Below are positions 9,416 through 19,139 of a stretch of DNA of 64,000 nt, piece after piece. Position 1 is the stretch's first letter. Each line of letters begins with the position of its first letter. Made by a program: the position numbers and the translations under genes. The DNA is taken from NCBI GenBank assembly GCA_965206285.1, contig OZ242205.1, positions 6,620,259 through 6,684,258 of the forward strand, read 5' to 3'. The notes under the pieces were generated by a model, which saw only the letters and a program-made list of their open reading frames with translations, searched no databases and was not told the DNA's origin. Source of the DNA: Vicinamibacterales bacterium. Lineage in GTDB: Bacteria; Acidobacteriota; Vicinamibacteria; Vicinamibacterales; UBA8438.

Positions 9416-10858
9416 TCAGTAGTCGCCCGCGTCCAGCGACACCCGGATGATCTCCTCGTCGTTCCGCACCAGGACGTGGCGGTTGGCGAACGCGGGATGC
9501 GCCCACACCACGAGCCGATCGCTCTGGCCGTGGCGGAAGCGGGACCGGGAGCCGGCGCGGCTGCCGCCGTAGCCGGATCGCGACGTGGGGTCGATCAGGT
9601 GCGTGCGGTCGAGCTCGACGTAGCCGTCCGGCTCGAACCGGACGATGATGAGGTCGCCGTTCTCGTTGTAGACGAAGTAGCGATCCTCGTGCTGCACGAA
9701 GTAGGCGGAACCCCAGCGGTTGCGGTTGGTCAGCCCCTCGGCCTCCCAGAGCCGCTCTCCGGTGGCGGCCAGCAGGCCCCGCACCTGCCCGTGGCTGCCG
9801 ATGCCGTAGATGTAGTCGCCGATCACCAGCGGGGTGGTCATCACCGAGTGCAGGCCGGTGGCCTCGGCCACCTCGATGCCGCTGTCGAGCACCCGGCGGC
9901 TCCCGTCCTTCCACAGCGCCGTGGCGCCGGGCCGGTCGAGGTCGAGCCGCATCATCATCGAGCCGCTGTAGAAGCCCGAGATGAACAGATAGGAGCCGGC
10001 GTGGACGGCGTCGGCCACCGTCATGTTGGCCCGTCCCTCGAACGGCTCCTCCCAGTACACCTCGCCGGTGGCGGGGTCGAGCGAGGAGAGGCCGCGGGGA
10101 TGCCAGACGATCAGCTGGCGGACGCCGCCCGCCTCGATGATCAACGGCTGGTTGTAGCCCATCTCCGTCCGGCTCTCGATCGCCCGCCACACCTCGGCGC
10201 CGGTATGCTTGTCGAACGCCATCACCAGGGCGTCCGGTTCGCCGCCCACCAGGAAGATCGCGCGGTCGCCGTCGATGATCGGCGCGCTCGACGTGCCCCA
10301 GATCGGAATGCTCGTGTCGTACTCGGCGACCGTGTCCTTCTCCCAGAGGACCGCCCCGGTCGCCGTGTCCAGGCACAGGATGCGCCCGGTCGACCCGGTC
10401 ACGTAGACCCGGTCGCCGTCGACGGTGGGGGTGGCGCGGGGGCCGGTGGCGTAGGTGAACATGAGCATCCGGTAGGTGGTGGTCCACTCGTGGGTCCACA
10501 GCACCGCCCCGGTCTCCTCGTCGAGCGCGAGCAGGCGCTCGGTGCCGTCCATCGTTCGCGGCTCGGTCTCGACGTAGTCGAGCACGAAGACGCGGCCGTC
10601 GGCGACGGCGGGGCCGGCGTAGCCGCCATTGACCGGGGCCCGCCACTTCACGGTGAGCCCGGCGTCGGGGAACGCCTCGAGAATGCCGGTCTCGGTCCAG
10701 ACTCCCCGCCGCTCGGCGCCTCGCCATTGCGGCCAGTCCTTGGCCGACAGGCCGGACACCGCGGTCACGGCGAGCAGGCCGGCGATGAGAGAGGCGGCCG
10801 GTGCGTGGCGGCCGGTGCGCCTTCGACCGGGGCCGCGATGGAACGTGGATGGCTGCAT
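9416..10858 (-). CDS. PQQ-like (BamB-type) beta-propeller repeat protein, exported
   Basis: 480 aa with signal peptide. DWPQWRG start and repeated 'G..lW' / 'DG.v(y/f)v' blades (ETGAVLWTHEW, ATGAVLWEKD, HTGAEVWR, ATGERLWEAEG). Confidence 0.85.
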   Translation of the reverse strand: MQPSTFHRGPGRRRTGRHAPAASLIAGLLAVTAVSGLSAKDWPQWRGAERRGVWTETGILEAFPDAGLTVKWRAPVNGGYAGPAVADGRVFVLDYVETEPRTMDGTERLLALDEETGAVLWTHEWTTTYRMLMFTYATGPRATPTVDGDRVYVTGSTGRILCLDTATGAVLWEKDTVAEYDTSIPIWGTSSAPIIDGDRAIFLVGGEPDALVMAFDKHTGAEVWRAIESRTEMGYNQPLIIEAGGVRQLIVWHPRGLSSLDPATGEVYWEEPFEGRANMTVADAVHAGSYLFISGFYSGSMMMRLDLDRPGATALWKDGSRRVLDSGIEVAEATGLHSVMTTPLVIGDYIYGIGSHGQVRGLLAATGERLWEAEGLTNRNRWGSAYFVQHEDRYFVYNENGDLIIVRFEPDGYVELDRTHLIDPTSRSGYGGSRAGSRSRFRHGQSDRLVVWAHPAFANRHVLVRNDEEIIRVSLDAGDY

Positions 10859-11005
10859 GAACGACGCCTCCTCATGGAAAGAGCCCGTGATGGGGCTCCG
10901 CGCCGCGCCGGCGGTCGAATGCGGCGGGTTCCCGCCACGGGGTCCCGGCGGGGCGCGCCGCCGGGCCGCGGCGCAGGAACCGCGGCCCGGCGGGCGGACA
11001 CGCGG

Positions 11006-11443
11006 CTACTGGCCCAGATAGTCCTCGTCGCTCACCGGCCCGAGCCACTCCGTCGGGCCCTCGCCGCCGACCACGGTGAGCTGCACCATGTGCTCGTCCG
11101 GCGCCGCGCCGTGCCAGTGGACGACTCCGGAGCCCGCGTAGTAGGGCACCCCGGGCAGCATCTCCTGCAGCGCCTCGCCGCGCACCTGCGTGCGCCCGCG
11201 TCCCTCCTGGGCCATGATCACCTGGAACCCGCCGTGGCTGTGCCAGTTCGACCGCGCGCCCGCCTCGAACCGGAGCCGCAGGGCGCGGATGTCGGAGGCG
11301 TCCGGCCGCGACGGGTCGCCGCCGACGAAGTTGCTCTGGGCCGCGGTGATCGCGGTCGAGCCCTGTCCCAGCGTCCAGATCCCGAGCGCCGCGAGCACCA
11401 GGGCCAGCATCAGGGTGAACCGCGTGTCGATCCGTCGCGTCAT
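11006..11443 (-). CDS. membrane-anchored/secreted cupin domain protein
   Basis: 145 aa with N-terminal hydrophobic segment. Cupin motifs SNWHSHGGFQVIMAQEGRG and GVVHWHGA. Confidence 0.8.
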   Translation of the reverse strand: MTRRIDTRFTLMLALVLAALGIWTLGQGSTAITAAQSNFVGGDPSRPDASDIRALRLRFEAGARSNWHSHGGFQVIMAQEGRGRTQVRGEALQEMLPGVPYYAGSGVVHWHGAAPDEHMVQLTVVGGEGPTEWLGPVSDEDYLGQ

Positions 11444-11542
11444 GTCGTTCCCTCCTGTATAGAGTGGTCGTGTCGCGTAAACCGTATCACGCCCCAGCGG
11501 CGGGCATGCCCGGTCTGATCGGCCTCGACCCGCCGTCGCGCC

Positions 11543-12667
11543 TCACACGATCTCCGGAATGTACTTCTCGCGCGCCAGGTGCCAGAGCGAGGCGAGAAAG
11601 GCGGTCAGGGGGATGGCCAGGATCAGCCCGAGGATCCCGCCCAGGGCCGTGCCCCAGAAGAAGATCGCGACGATTATCGCCATGAAGTGCAGCCCGGTGC
11701 GCTGCCCCATGATCTTCGGGGTCAGGAACCAGCCCTCAATCTGCTGCACCACCAGGACCACCGCGACCACCAGCAGGCAGGTGAGCCAGCCGCCGTCCGT
11801 CTGGAAGAAGGCGATGGGGATGGCGACGGCGAGTCCGATCATGTTCCCGAGAAAGGGGATCACGTTGAGGAGACCCAGGGCGAGGCCGATGACGAATCCG
11901 TAGCGCAGGCCGACGAGGCTGAAGCCGGCCGCGAACAGCAGGCCCTGCAGAAACGCGATGATCAACTGGCCGCGGAAGAACCCCACCGTGATGTCCACGA
12001 ACTCGTGGAGCAGATAGCTCACGTCCTCGCGGGTCTCGGGCTTGAGGAACGGCAGCACGCGATCGGTGTCGAGCCGAAAGCCGGCGGTGAGGAACCAGGC
12101 GAAGTAGACGGGGGTGATCATCCAGGACAGGAGCGCGCCGAGCCCGCGGGCGACGCCGAAGCCGACAGTGACCGCCTGCACCCCCATCGTCTGGAGCCAA
12201 TCGAAGATCGCGGCCTGCTGCGCGATCGCGATCTCGCGCAGCCGGGCGCCGAGGCCCGACGACTCAAGCATCTCGCTGGCCTGCGGGAGCCGTTCCTCGA
12301 TCAGCGTGCGGGCGTCCGCCCACCACTGGGGCACCTGCGCGGCGAGGCCGACGATCTGGTCGATGGCCAAGCGACCGAAGAACGCCACGAAGATGCTCAG
12401 CGGCACGAGGGCGGACAGGAAGACGACGGCGACCGCCGCCGCCACCGGCAGCCGCCCCGTGCCGCGCAGCCAGTCGTAGTAGGGGCGGAACACGAGGGCC
12501 GCGACCCCGCCCACCGCCAGCGGCAGGAACACCCCCGAGAAGGCGCGGAGGAAAAGGGCGGCGAGCCATCCCAGGAGGCCGATGGCGAGCAGGATGACGA
12601 GGGCCGAGACGGTGGTGACGGCGGCCGCGATGGTGTTCGCCTGCCGGGGAGTGAGTTCGAGCGCCAT
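11543..12667 (-). CDS. AI-2E family transporter (PerM-like permease)
   Basis: Multi-TM ORF. FLQGLLFAAGFSLVGLRYGFVIGLALGLLNVIPFLG and VQQIEGWFLTPKIMG are typical AI-2E family blocks. Start set at MALELTPRQ. Confidence 0.88.
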   Translation of the reverse strand: MALELTPRQANTIAAAVTTVSALVILLAIGLLGWLAALFLRAFSGVFLPLAVGGVAALVFRPYYDWLRGTGRLPVAAAVAVVFLSALVPLSIFVAFFGRLAIDQIVGLAAQVPQWWADARTLIEERLPQASEMLESSGLGARLREIAIAQQAAIFDWLQTMGVQAVTVGFGVARGLGALLSWMITPVYFAWFLTAGFRLDTDRVLPFLKPETREDVSYLLHEFVDITVGFFRGQLIIAFLQGLLFAAGFSLVGLRYGFVIGLALGLLNVIPFLGNMIGLAVAIPIAFFQTDGGWLTCLLVVAVVLVVQQIEGWFLTPKIMGQRTGLHFMAIIVAIFFWGTALGGILGLILAIPLTAFLASLWHLAREKYIPEIV

Positions 12668-12759
12668 GGACGGTCTCGCGGGACTGCCCCGCATGATACA
12701 CGGAACCGGCGGAGCCCGGGCCGCGGCGGCGGGCTCCCGGGTGTCGAGAGGTTCGAGCC

Positions 12760-13215
12760 TCACGCACCCTGCTCGGCAAGGTGGCGGAAGTTCACGGCTG
12801 CGTTCGGGCTCTTGGACGAAGCCGCGACGAAGAGATCGAGGTCGACAGTGAGCAACGGCATTTCGGCCGAGGCGAGTTCCCAGAGTACGGCGTCGGTGAG
12901 CCCCAGTCTACGGAACACCGGGACGTGAGCAGCATCTGCACTCGCAACGCTCAATTCGGCGCTCTGCTCAATGATGCTGCGTAGTTCCGCCGAGAACCTA
13001 CCGTGCATGTCGCCAAGCAGGTTGGACGTTTCAGTAAGGGTATTCGGCGTCACGACTATCTGTTTGGCGGCTCCCATCACCCTGGTCAACAGGTCGTAGT
13101 CGTCGGCGGAGAAGGCCCTCACTCGGCGGTGCTTGCCAATCAAGTGCGGACTTGTTCTTCCAACGACAAACAGGACAAGCAGGTTTGCGTCGAGGATAAG
13201 GTGATGTGTGCGCAT
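12760..13215 (-). CDS. PIN-domain nuclease (toxin-like)
   Basis: 151 aa in a local low-GC patch. PIN acidic residues in context: ILDANLLV (D), TLTETSNLL (E), LGLTDAVL (D), LLTVDLDLF (D). Confidence 0.7.
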   Translation of the reverse strand: MRTHHLILDANLLVLFVVGRTSPHLIGKHRRVRAFSADDYDLLTRVMGAAKQIVVTPNTLTETSNLLGDMHGRFSAELRSIIEQSAELSVASADAAHVPVFRRLGLTDAVLWELASAEMPLLTVDLDLFVAASSKSPNAAVNFRHLAEQGA

Positions 13216-13224
13216 GGGCCCTTC

Positions 13225-13488
13225 CTAGTCCCCGGGAGGATTGCGGTGGGTCACCGACAGGACCTCCCCATTGCTGTCCCTGATGTTGACTACCTTGTAC
13301 GAGCGTTGTCTGGGGTTTGGAATGAGCGGCAGCGCGGTTCGAGCCCACCCGGGATAGAATCCAACAGTGACCTTCCACCTGGTTCCTTCGTATTTGATTT
13401 CCTCAAGGGCAACGTGATAGATGTCATCGTCGCCAAAGACATCCAGGACGTAGTCCTTGGCTGCCTTGGCAGCCTCCTTTGCATCCAC
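13225..13488 (-). CDS. small acidic hypothetical protein, upstream partner of the PIN gene
   Basis: 87-aa ORF ending 9 nt before the PIN start, in the same low-GC patch. No HTH/RHH/AbrB-like motif recognisable. Confidence 0.55.
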   Translation of the reverse strand: MDAKEAAKAAKDYVLDVFGDDDIYHVALEEIKYEGTRWKVTVGFYPGWARTALPLIPNPRQRSYKVVNIRDSNGEVLSVTHRNPPGD

Positions 13489-13912
13489 TTCAGTTCTCCT
13501 GTTTTTAAGCGCCAGGCACGCTGCGAGCCCCGTGCGTAGCCAACCCGCCGCAGCAGGTGCACGCCGCCCGCGGACGGCCGCGCCGCTCCATCATCACCAG
13601 AACCACGGGACGGGTCAACGGCCTTCCGGTCAAGCCGTTCGCCAGCGGGCGGGGTCAAGCGGCGGCGGCACTTCGGCGAGGCAGCCGGCCGCGACGTGGT
13701 TCGAGCCAACCGGGGTCCCCGGCAAGGTGCGGGTCCCCGGCAGGGTGCGGGTCGCCGGCGTTCGAGGCGGGCGGCGGGCGGACGGCGTCGGTCTGCACGT
13801 CGGGTCGGCCCGACGCGTCGGGCGGCGGGCGCCGCTTGCGCCAGACCCGGTTCGGGGCCATCATTGACGCGTCGAGAAACGCCGAGAAGACCCGTATCTG
13901 GAGGAGGGTGAC

Positions 13913-14926
13913 ATGAGCCGTCTATCTCTCGCCGTCGTGTCCGTCGTGCTCGCGGCGATGCTGGCGCCGGCCGCGGCCGCGGGCCAGCCGTCCGAAGCGC
14001 CGTCCTCGCCCCGCACCGCGTGGGGCGACCCCGACCTGCAGGGCATCTGGAACAACGCCACCCTGACCCCGTTGCAGCGCCCGGCGAACCTTGCGGACCG
14101 GGCGTTCCTGACGGAGGAGGAGGCGGCCGGTCTCGCGCAGCAGACGGTGGAGCGGAACGCCGATCTGCTGAACGCCCCCGCCCGGCGGGCCGAGGCGGGC
14201 GGCAACGTGGGGGCCTACAACAACTTCTGGATGGAGCGGGGAACGTCGGTGGTGCCCACCATGCGGACCTCGATCATCGTCGATCCGGAGGACGGCCGGC
14301 TGCCGCCCCTGACGCCGGAGGCGCAGAGCAGGATGGACTCGGACGAGGCGCGCCGGCTCGCGCGGATGCGCGGGGGCCAGGAGCCGGTCGAGACCTGGGA
14401 GCAGCTCGATCTCGGCGACCGCTGCCTCTGGTACCGCGGCATCCCGTCGTTCCCCACCGGCTACAACAACAACTACCACATCGTGCAGACGCCGGACATG
14501 GTGGCGATCCTGCAGGAGCACATCCACGATACCCGCTTCATCCCGCTCGACGGGCGCCCGCACGTGACGGGGAAGATCCGCCAGTTCGCCGGAGACTCGC
14601 GCGGCCGCTGGGAGGGAGACACCCTCGTGGTGGAGACCACCAACTTCAACGAGCACGCGTTCATCCGGAACTTCAACGGCAATCTCAGCACCGACCTCCA
14701 CGTCGTCGAGCGGTTCACCCGGCTGGGTCCCGACACCCTCGGCTACGAGTTCACGGTGACCGACCCGAACACGTGGACCCGGCCGTGGAGCGGGTCGCTG
14801 CCGATGTCGCGCCTCGACGGGGCGATGTTCGAGTACGCCTGCCACGAGGGGAACTACGGCCTGACCAACATCCTCGCCGGGAGCCGCGCGGCGGAGATCG
14901 CCGCGGCGCAGGAGACGGCGCGGTAG
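13913..14926 (+). CDS. exported protein of unassigned 'GDSRGRWEGDTLVV / EYACHEGNYG' family (paralog X1)
   Basis: RBS GGAGGAGGG and signal peptide. PRTAWGDPDLQGIW, GDRCLW, GDSRGRWEGDTLVVETTNF, VVERFT, FEYACHEGNYG. Homologous to 47541-48539, 57063-58052, 59298-60251 and the C-terminal part of 58225-59301. Confidence 0.85.
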   Translation: MSRLSLAVVSVVLAAMLAPAAAAGQPSEAPSSPRTAWGDPDLQGIWNNATLTPLQRPANLADRAFLTEEEAAGLAQQTVERNADLLNAPARRAEAGGNVGAYNNFWMERGTSVVPTMRTSIIVDPEDGRLPPLTPEAQSRMDSDEARRLARMRGGQEPVETWEQLDLGDRCLWYRGIPSFPTGYNNNYHIVQTPDMVAILQEHIHDTRFIPLDGRPHVTGKIRQFAGDSRGRWEGDTLVVETTNFNEHAFIRNFNGNLSTDLHVVERFTRLGPDTLGYEFTVTDPNTWTRPWSGSLPMSRLDGAMFEYACHEGNYGLTNILAGSRAAEIAAAQETAR

Positions 14927-14975
14927 CGGCCTGGAGACGAGAACCGTTCAACGCATCGAAGGGACAACCATCAGC

Positions 14976-16637
14976 ATGAAGACGACGTACCGCATGCTCG
15001 CCGCCGTCCTGACCGCCGCCGCCCTGCTCGCGCCCATTGCGCGGGCCGACGTGGCGTCGGTGGAGATCACCGAACGAAGCCCGATCGAGGACGGACGCGC
15101 GTTCGGCGACTCGGGCCCCTACGACCTGATCGCCGGCCGGGTCACGTTCGCGCTCGACCCCGCCGATCCCCGGAATCACGTCATCGTGAATCTCGCCCGC
15201 GCCCCCACCAACGCGGACGGGATGGTGGAGGCGACCGCCGACCTGCAGATTCTCGCCCCCGCCGACCCGGAGCGCGGCAACGGCGTGGCGCTGGTGGACA
15301 TCGCGAACCGGGGGCGTCTGAGCGCGCTCGGGTTCAACCGCGGCGGCCGCGGGCCGTACGGGGACGGGTTCCTCATGAAGGAGGGGTACACCGTCGTGTG
15401 GGTCGGCTGGGAGTTCGACGTGCCGGAGGGCCGGCCCATCCGCTTCGCCGTGCCCGCGGCGGACGGCAAGCCGGTCGGCGGGCTCGGCTTCGCCGCCATC
15501 CGCGACACCGCGGCCTGGATCAAGCACGACCCCGACGCCGTGGTGACGGCCGGGCACGCCCTCTCGTTCGGCTCGTCGCAGAGCGGCCGTTATCTGCGGA
15601 CGTTCCTCTACCTCGGCTTCAACACCGATACCGCCGGGCGGCAGGTCTTCGACGGGGTGATCCCGCACATCGCCGGGGCGTCCCGGCTCGACCTCAACCA
15701 GCCCGGCGCGACGCCGATCTCGCTGGGCATGTTCGACGCCACGTCGTTTCCCTTCGCCGACGCCGCCCTCCGCGACCCGGTGACCGGGGTCGTCGACGGC
15801 ACGCTGGGGAACGATCGGAGCCGGGAGAACCAGCCCCGCATCTTCTATACCAACACCGGCGTCGAGTACTGGGGCGGCGGGCGGGTGGCCACCCTGGTGC
15901 ACGCGACCCCGGACGGCGCCGCCGACGTCGACCTGCAGGAGAACGTGCGCTTCTACTTCCTGGCGGGAACCCAGCACGGCCCCGGCGCGTTTCCGCCGCC
16001 CGACCCGGGGAACCGGCAGGAGATGGGCAATCCGACCGACTACTGGTGGAACATGCGCGCGCTGCTGACCGCCATGAAGGACTGGGTCGTCGACGGGGTC
16101 GAGCCGCCCCCGAGCCGCCATCCCCGGTTCGCGGACGCCAACCTGGTGCCGCCGCGCGACATCGGGTTCCCGGCCATCCCGGGCGTGCGGTCGCCCGAGG
16201 ATCGCACCGGCGGCACACGCGTGAGTAATCCGTGGATGGCCGGCGCCGACGACGCCGGCGTGCCGTTGCCGATGTTCGTGCCCGCGGTCGACGCCGACGG
16301 CAACGAGACGTCCGGCATCCTGCATCCGGAGGTGGCGGTGCCGCTGGCCACCTACACCGGCTGGAACTTCACCCATCCGGACTCCGGCGACCCCGATACG
16401 CTGGTTTCCCTCGCGGGGTCCTACGTGCCGTTCGCGGCCACGCGGGCGGAACGCGAGGCGGCGGGAGACCCGCGGCCGTCGATTGAGGAACGCTACGCGT
16501 CTCGCGAGGAGTTCCTGGAGAAGGTCGAGGCGGTCGGGCACGCGCTGGTCGGCGACCGCTACCTGCTGGCCGACGATCTGCCGGCCATTCTAGACCGGGC
16601 CGGGAAGCACTGGGATCTGGTGACCGGCGAACACTGA
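14976..16637 (+). CDS. secreted alpha/beta-hydrolase-domain-like protein (family uncertain)
   Basis: 553 aa with signal peptide. GSSQSGRY nucleophile-like element and FLAGTQHGPG. Overall resembles large 'alpha/beta hydrolase domain' proteins (Abhydrolase_10-like, from memory). Confidence 0.7.
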   Translation: MKTTYRMLAAVLTAAALLAPIARADVASVEITERSPIEDGRAFGDSGPYDLIAGRVTFALDPADPRNHVIVNLARAPTNADGMVEATADLQILAPADPERGNGVALVDIANRGRLSALGFNRGGRGPYGDGFLMKEGYTVVWVGWEFDVPEGRPIRFAVPAADGKPVGGLGFAAIRDTAAWIKHDPDAVVTAGHALSFGSSQSGRYLRTFLYLGFNTDTAGRQVFDGVIPHIAGASRLDLNQPGATPISLGMFDATSFPFADAALRDPVTGVVDGTLGNDRSRENQPRIFYTNTGVEYWGGGRVATLVHATPDGAADVDLQENVRFYFLAGTQHGPGAFPPPDPGNRQEMGNPTDYWWNMRALLTAMKDWVVDGVEPPPSRHPRFADANLVPPRDIGFPAIPGVRSPEDRTGGTRVSNPWMAGADDAGVPLPMFVPAVDADGNETSGILHPEVAVPLATYTGWNFTHPDSGDPDTLVSLAGSYVPFAATRAEREAAGDPRPSIEERYASREEFLEKVEAVGHALVGDRYLLADDLPAILDRAGKHWDLVTGEH

Positions 16638-16641
16638 GGCA

Positions 16642-16696
16642 GTGCCGCCGCTGGCTCCGTTCGCGGGGTTCCGGCCCTGGGAGCCACCGGCGGCAC
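16642..16696. terminator. long GC hairpin between convergent genes
   Basis: gtgccgccgctggctcc ... gggagccaccggcggcac forms a stem of about 17 bp with one mismatch. It lies between the stops at 16637 (+) and 16764 (-). Confidence 0.5.
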
Positions 16697-16763
16697 CGCT
16701 GCTGGCGAGGAGGGATGCGATGCCGGTTGCACGCGGCGGGTCTCCCGGCCGCGGCCGTCCCGG

Positions 16764-17759
16764 TCAATCGGGATCTTCGAGCGAGTCGTAGAACTTGATG
16801 ATGTCGCCCCGGTCCTCCGATTCGTTGAAGGCCATCCCCGCCCGCGGGTGCTGGTTGAGGACCCCGGTCATCATGTACGGGTAGTCGAAGCCCCACTTCA
16901 GCGCGTCCCGCATCGGCTCGATATGGTGCTGAATGCAGTGCAGCACCGGGCGCAGCCGGAACTTCGGGTTGTGCAGGAAGCTCAGCAGCAGCTCCATCGG
17001 GCAGTTGCCGGCGCCCCGGCCCAGGCCCGCCATGCTCCCGTCGAGCCGGTTGGCTCCCTTGATGGTTGCCTGGATGGTATTGGCGAACGCCAACTGCCGG
17101 TTGTTGTGGGCATGCATCCCCACCGCCTTCCCGGCCGGCGCCGCGTAGCCCAGGAACGTATCCATGTAGCTGTCGATCTGCTCCGCGTACAGCGCCCCGA
17201 AGCTGTCGACGATGCAGATGGTGTCCGCCTCCGATTGCGCCACCAGGGCCAGCGCCTCGTTCAGCTCGCGGTCCGGCACCGTCGACAACGCCATCAGGTT
17301 CAAGCTCGTCTCGTAGCCCTGGTCATGGGCATGCTTGACCATGTCGAGGGCCAGCGGGATCTGGTGGATATAGGTGGCCACCCGGATCATGTCCAGGACG
17401 CTCTCCGATTTCGGCAGGATGTCTTCCCGGTAGTCGCTCTTGTCGGCGTCGGCCATCGCCGACAGCTTCAGCGTGGTCTCGTTGTCCCCGACTATCCGGC
17501 GGAGGTCGCTCTCGACGCAGTGCTTCCACGGGCCGAACTGCCCCGGCGGAAACTGCCGGCGCGAGTTGATGTACCCGATCTCCATGTAGTCGATGCCGCT
17601 CTCGACGCACGCCTGATACACCGCCTGCACCGTCTCGTCGCCGAACCGGTGGTCGTTCATCAGACCGCCGTCCCGGATGGTGCAGTCCAACACCTTGATC
17701 TCGGGGCGGTACGACACCCAATCGCTCGCAGGGCTCGCCTGCGGCTCTTGCTCACTCAT
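16764..17759 (-). CDS. HMGL-like aldolase / pyruvate carboxyltransferase-domain protein
   Basis: DCTIRDGG and MHAHNN metal-binding motifs of the DRE-TIM HMGL-like family. Start at MSEQEP (cat at 17757-17759). Confidence 0.85.
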   Translation of the reverse strand: MSEQEPQASPASDWVSYRPEIKVLDCTIRDGGLMNDHRFGDETVQAVYQACVESGIDYMEIGYINSRRQFPPGQFGPWKHCVESDLRRIVGDNETTLKLSAMADADKSDYREDILPKSESVLDMIRVATYIHQIPLALDMVKHAHDQGYETSLNLMALSTVPDRELNEALALVAQSEADTICIVDSFGALYAEQIDSYMDTFLGYAAPAGKAVGMHAHNNRQLAFANTIQATIKGANRLDGSMAGLGRGAGNCPMELLLSFLHNPKFRLRPVLHCIQHHIEPMRDALKWGFDYPYMMTGVLNQHPRAGMAFNESEDRGDIIKFYDSLEDPD

Positions 17760-17991
17760 CACGCGATTTCTCCTTTCGGGGCGATGGCGCGAAAGCCTCC
17801 CGCGCGCCACCGCCGCGTTCCCGCTCCCCGGAGCCTGCGCATCGGGGGACCCATGATCGTAGATCATCCGCGTGCTTTGCCGGAACGTCGGTCCGAAGGG
17901 GAGAGCGGGTCGTCAGGATGCGGCAGCTCGCAGCTCGCGCGGTGCGGGCCGGAAGTCGAGGCAGCGCCGGTCGGAGTTGCGGCGGCGCGGG

Positions 17992-18672
17992 TCAGAAATC
18001 CCGGCGGCGGGAGTAGAGGATCACGTGCATCGAGAGCACGTCCTTCCGCGGTACGACGCGGGCCGGATACTGGTGATTGTAGGATTCGAGCACGTAGCCG
18101 CCCCGGGTTCTTCGTACCAGTCGAATCAACCGCTCGTCCGGGACGAGCTGCACATAGGCCTCGTCGCCGTCCTGCACGCGGCGGCCGGGGGCGACGATCG
18201 CGATCGTGTGCGGCGGGTAGGCGGGGGCCATGGAGTCGCCGCGGACCCTGACCCCGTAGGCGTTCGCGTCGTCGACGTCGCGGGGACGCGGCACCCAGCG
18301 CTCGATGTTGCCGGGGGCCGGCGCGTTGCCCTCCCACGTGATTCCCGCGGGGGCGGCGGCGCCCTCCGCCACCACCGGAATACGGCCGGTCGCGTCGGTC
18401 CCGTAGTCGATGCGTCTCGGCTCGGCGTCGACGGCCTCCCGCTCCTCGCGGACCTGGTCGTAGTCGGGGTCCACCCCGTTGAGCAGCTCGTCGATGGAGC
18501 ATCGCAGGACCTTCGCCAGCTTGATCAGCGTCTGTGTCTCGAGGGCCCCGTACCGATCGTTCTCCCAGTCGGATACCTGCGGCTGCGGGACGTGCAGCCG
18601 GTCGGCCAGCGCTCTCTGGGTCGAGAGGCCCGCCGCCATGCGCAGTCGTTTGATGTTCTGGCCCAGCGACAC
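17992..18672 (-). CDS. CI/LexA-like repressor: XRE HTH + peptidase S24 domain
   Basis: N-terminal HTH LGQNIKRLRMAAGLSTQRALADRL and C-terminal VRGDSMAPAYPPHTIAIV (S24 Ser motif). Start placed at the GTG 18672 just before the HTH (TTG 18708 also possible). Confidence 0.8.
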   Translation of the reverse strand: MSLGQNIKRLRMAAGLSTQRALADRLHVPQPQVSDWENDRYGALETQTLIKLAKVLRCSIDELLNGVDPDYDQVREEREAVDAEPRRIDYGTDATGRIPVVAEGAAAPAGITWEGNAPAPGNIERWVPRPRDVDDANAYGVRVRGDSMAPAYPPHTIAIVAPGRRVQDGDEAYVQLVPDERLIRLVRRTRGGYVLESYNHQYPARVVPRKDVLSMHVILYSRRRDF

Positions 18673-18756
18673 GCCATACAGGGTAATGCATAGACCGTAC
18701 ACGTGCAAAAACGTAGTTCAATGGAATCAATACGTTAGCGTGAAGCCGAATAACGG

Positions 18757-18774
18757 TTGCGCGTATTAGCGCAA
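18757..18774. promoter_or_regulatory. candidate operator palindrome in the divergent repressor intergenic region
   Basis: Perfect inverted repeat TTGCGC-N6-GCGCAA, 20 nt upstream of the cro-like ATG. The surrounding AT-rich spacer carries several ACGT(A/T) half-site-like repeats. Confidence 0.4.
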
Positions 18775-18794
18775 TCACGTATATTTACGACACG

Positions 18795-19046
18795 ATGTTG
18801 AGCGCGGAACAGCTCGTCGCCCTCCGTGCGGCACCGGGCACCAATCGCGTCGCGAAGGCGATTGCTCTGGCCGGCGTGACGCAGGGAACCGTCGCAGCCG
18901 CGCTCGGGTTTCCCCAGCCCTACATCAGCGACGTCGCCCGCCACCGGTATCGGACCATAACCGTCGAGAATGCGAGAAAGTTCGCGCACTACTTCGGCTG
19001 CTCCATCGAGGACCTGTTCCCCTCCCCGCGGCCGGCGGAATCCTGA
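18795..19046 (+). CDS. Cro-like XRE-family HTH protein
   Basis: 83 aa, divergent from the S24 repressor. HTH AGVTQGTVAAALGFPQPYISDV...ARKFAHYFGCSIEDLF. Confidence 0.7.
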   Translation: MLSAEQLVALRAAPGTNRVAKAIALAGVTQGTVAAALGFPQPYISDVARHRYRTITVENARKFAHYFGCSIEDLFPSPRPAES

Positions 19047-19139
19047 CGCCCTGCAAGCCGGGGCCCTGGCGCGGCCGAGAGTGATAACCTGTCCGCGAGC
19101 CTGGGGCGGCCCGGGACCCCTTTTCGCGATTCCGCTCCG

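Noticed and set aside
13300-13370. T-loop-like string gcggttcgagccc suggesting a tRNA.
   Set aside because: The flanking bases do not form a T-stem (cgcgg versus ccacc), and the segment lies inside a coherent 87-aa ORF.
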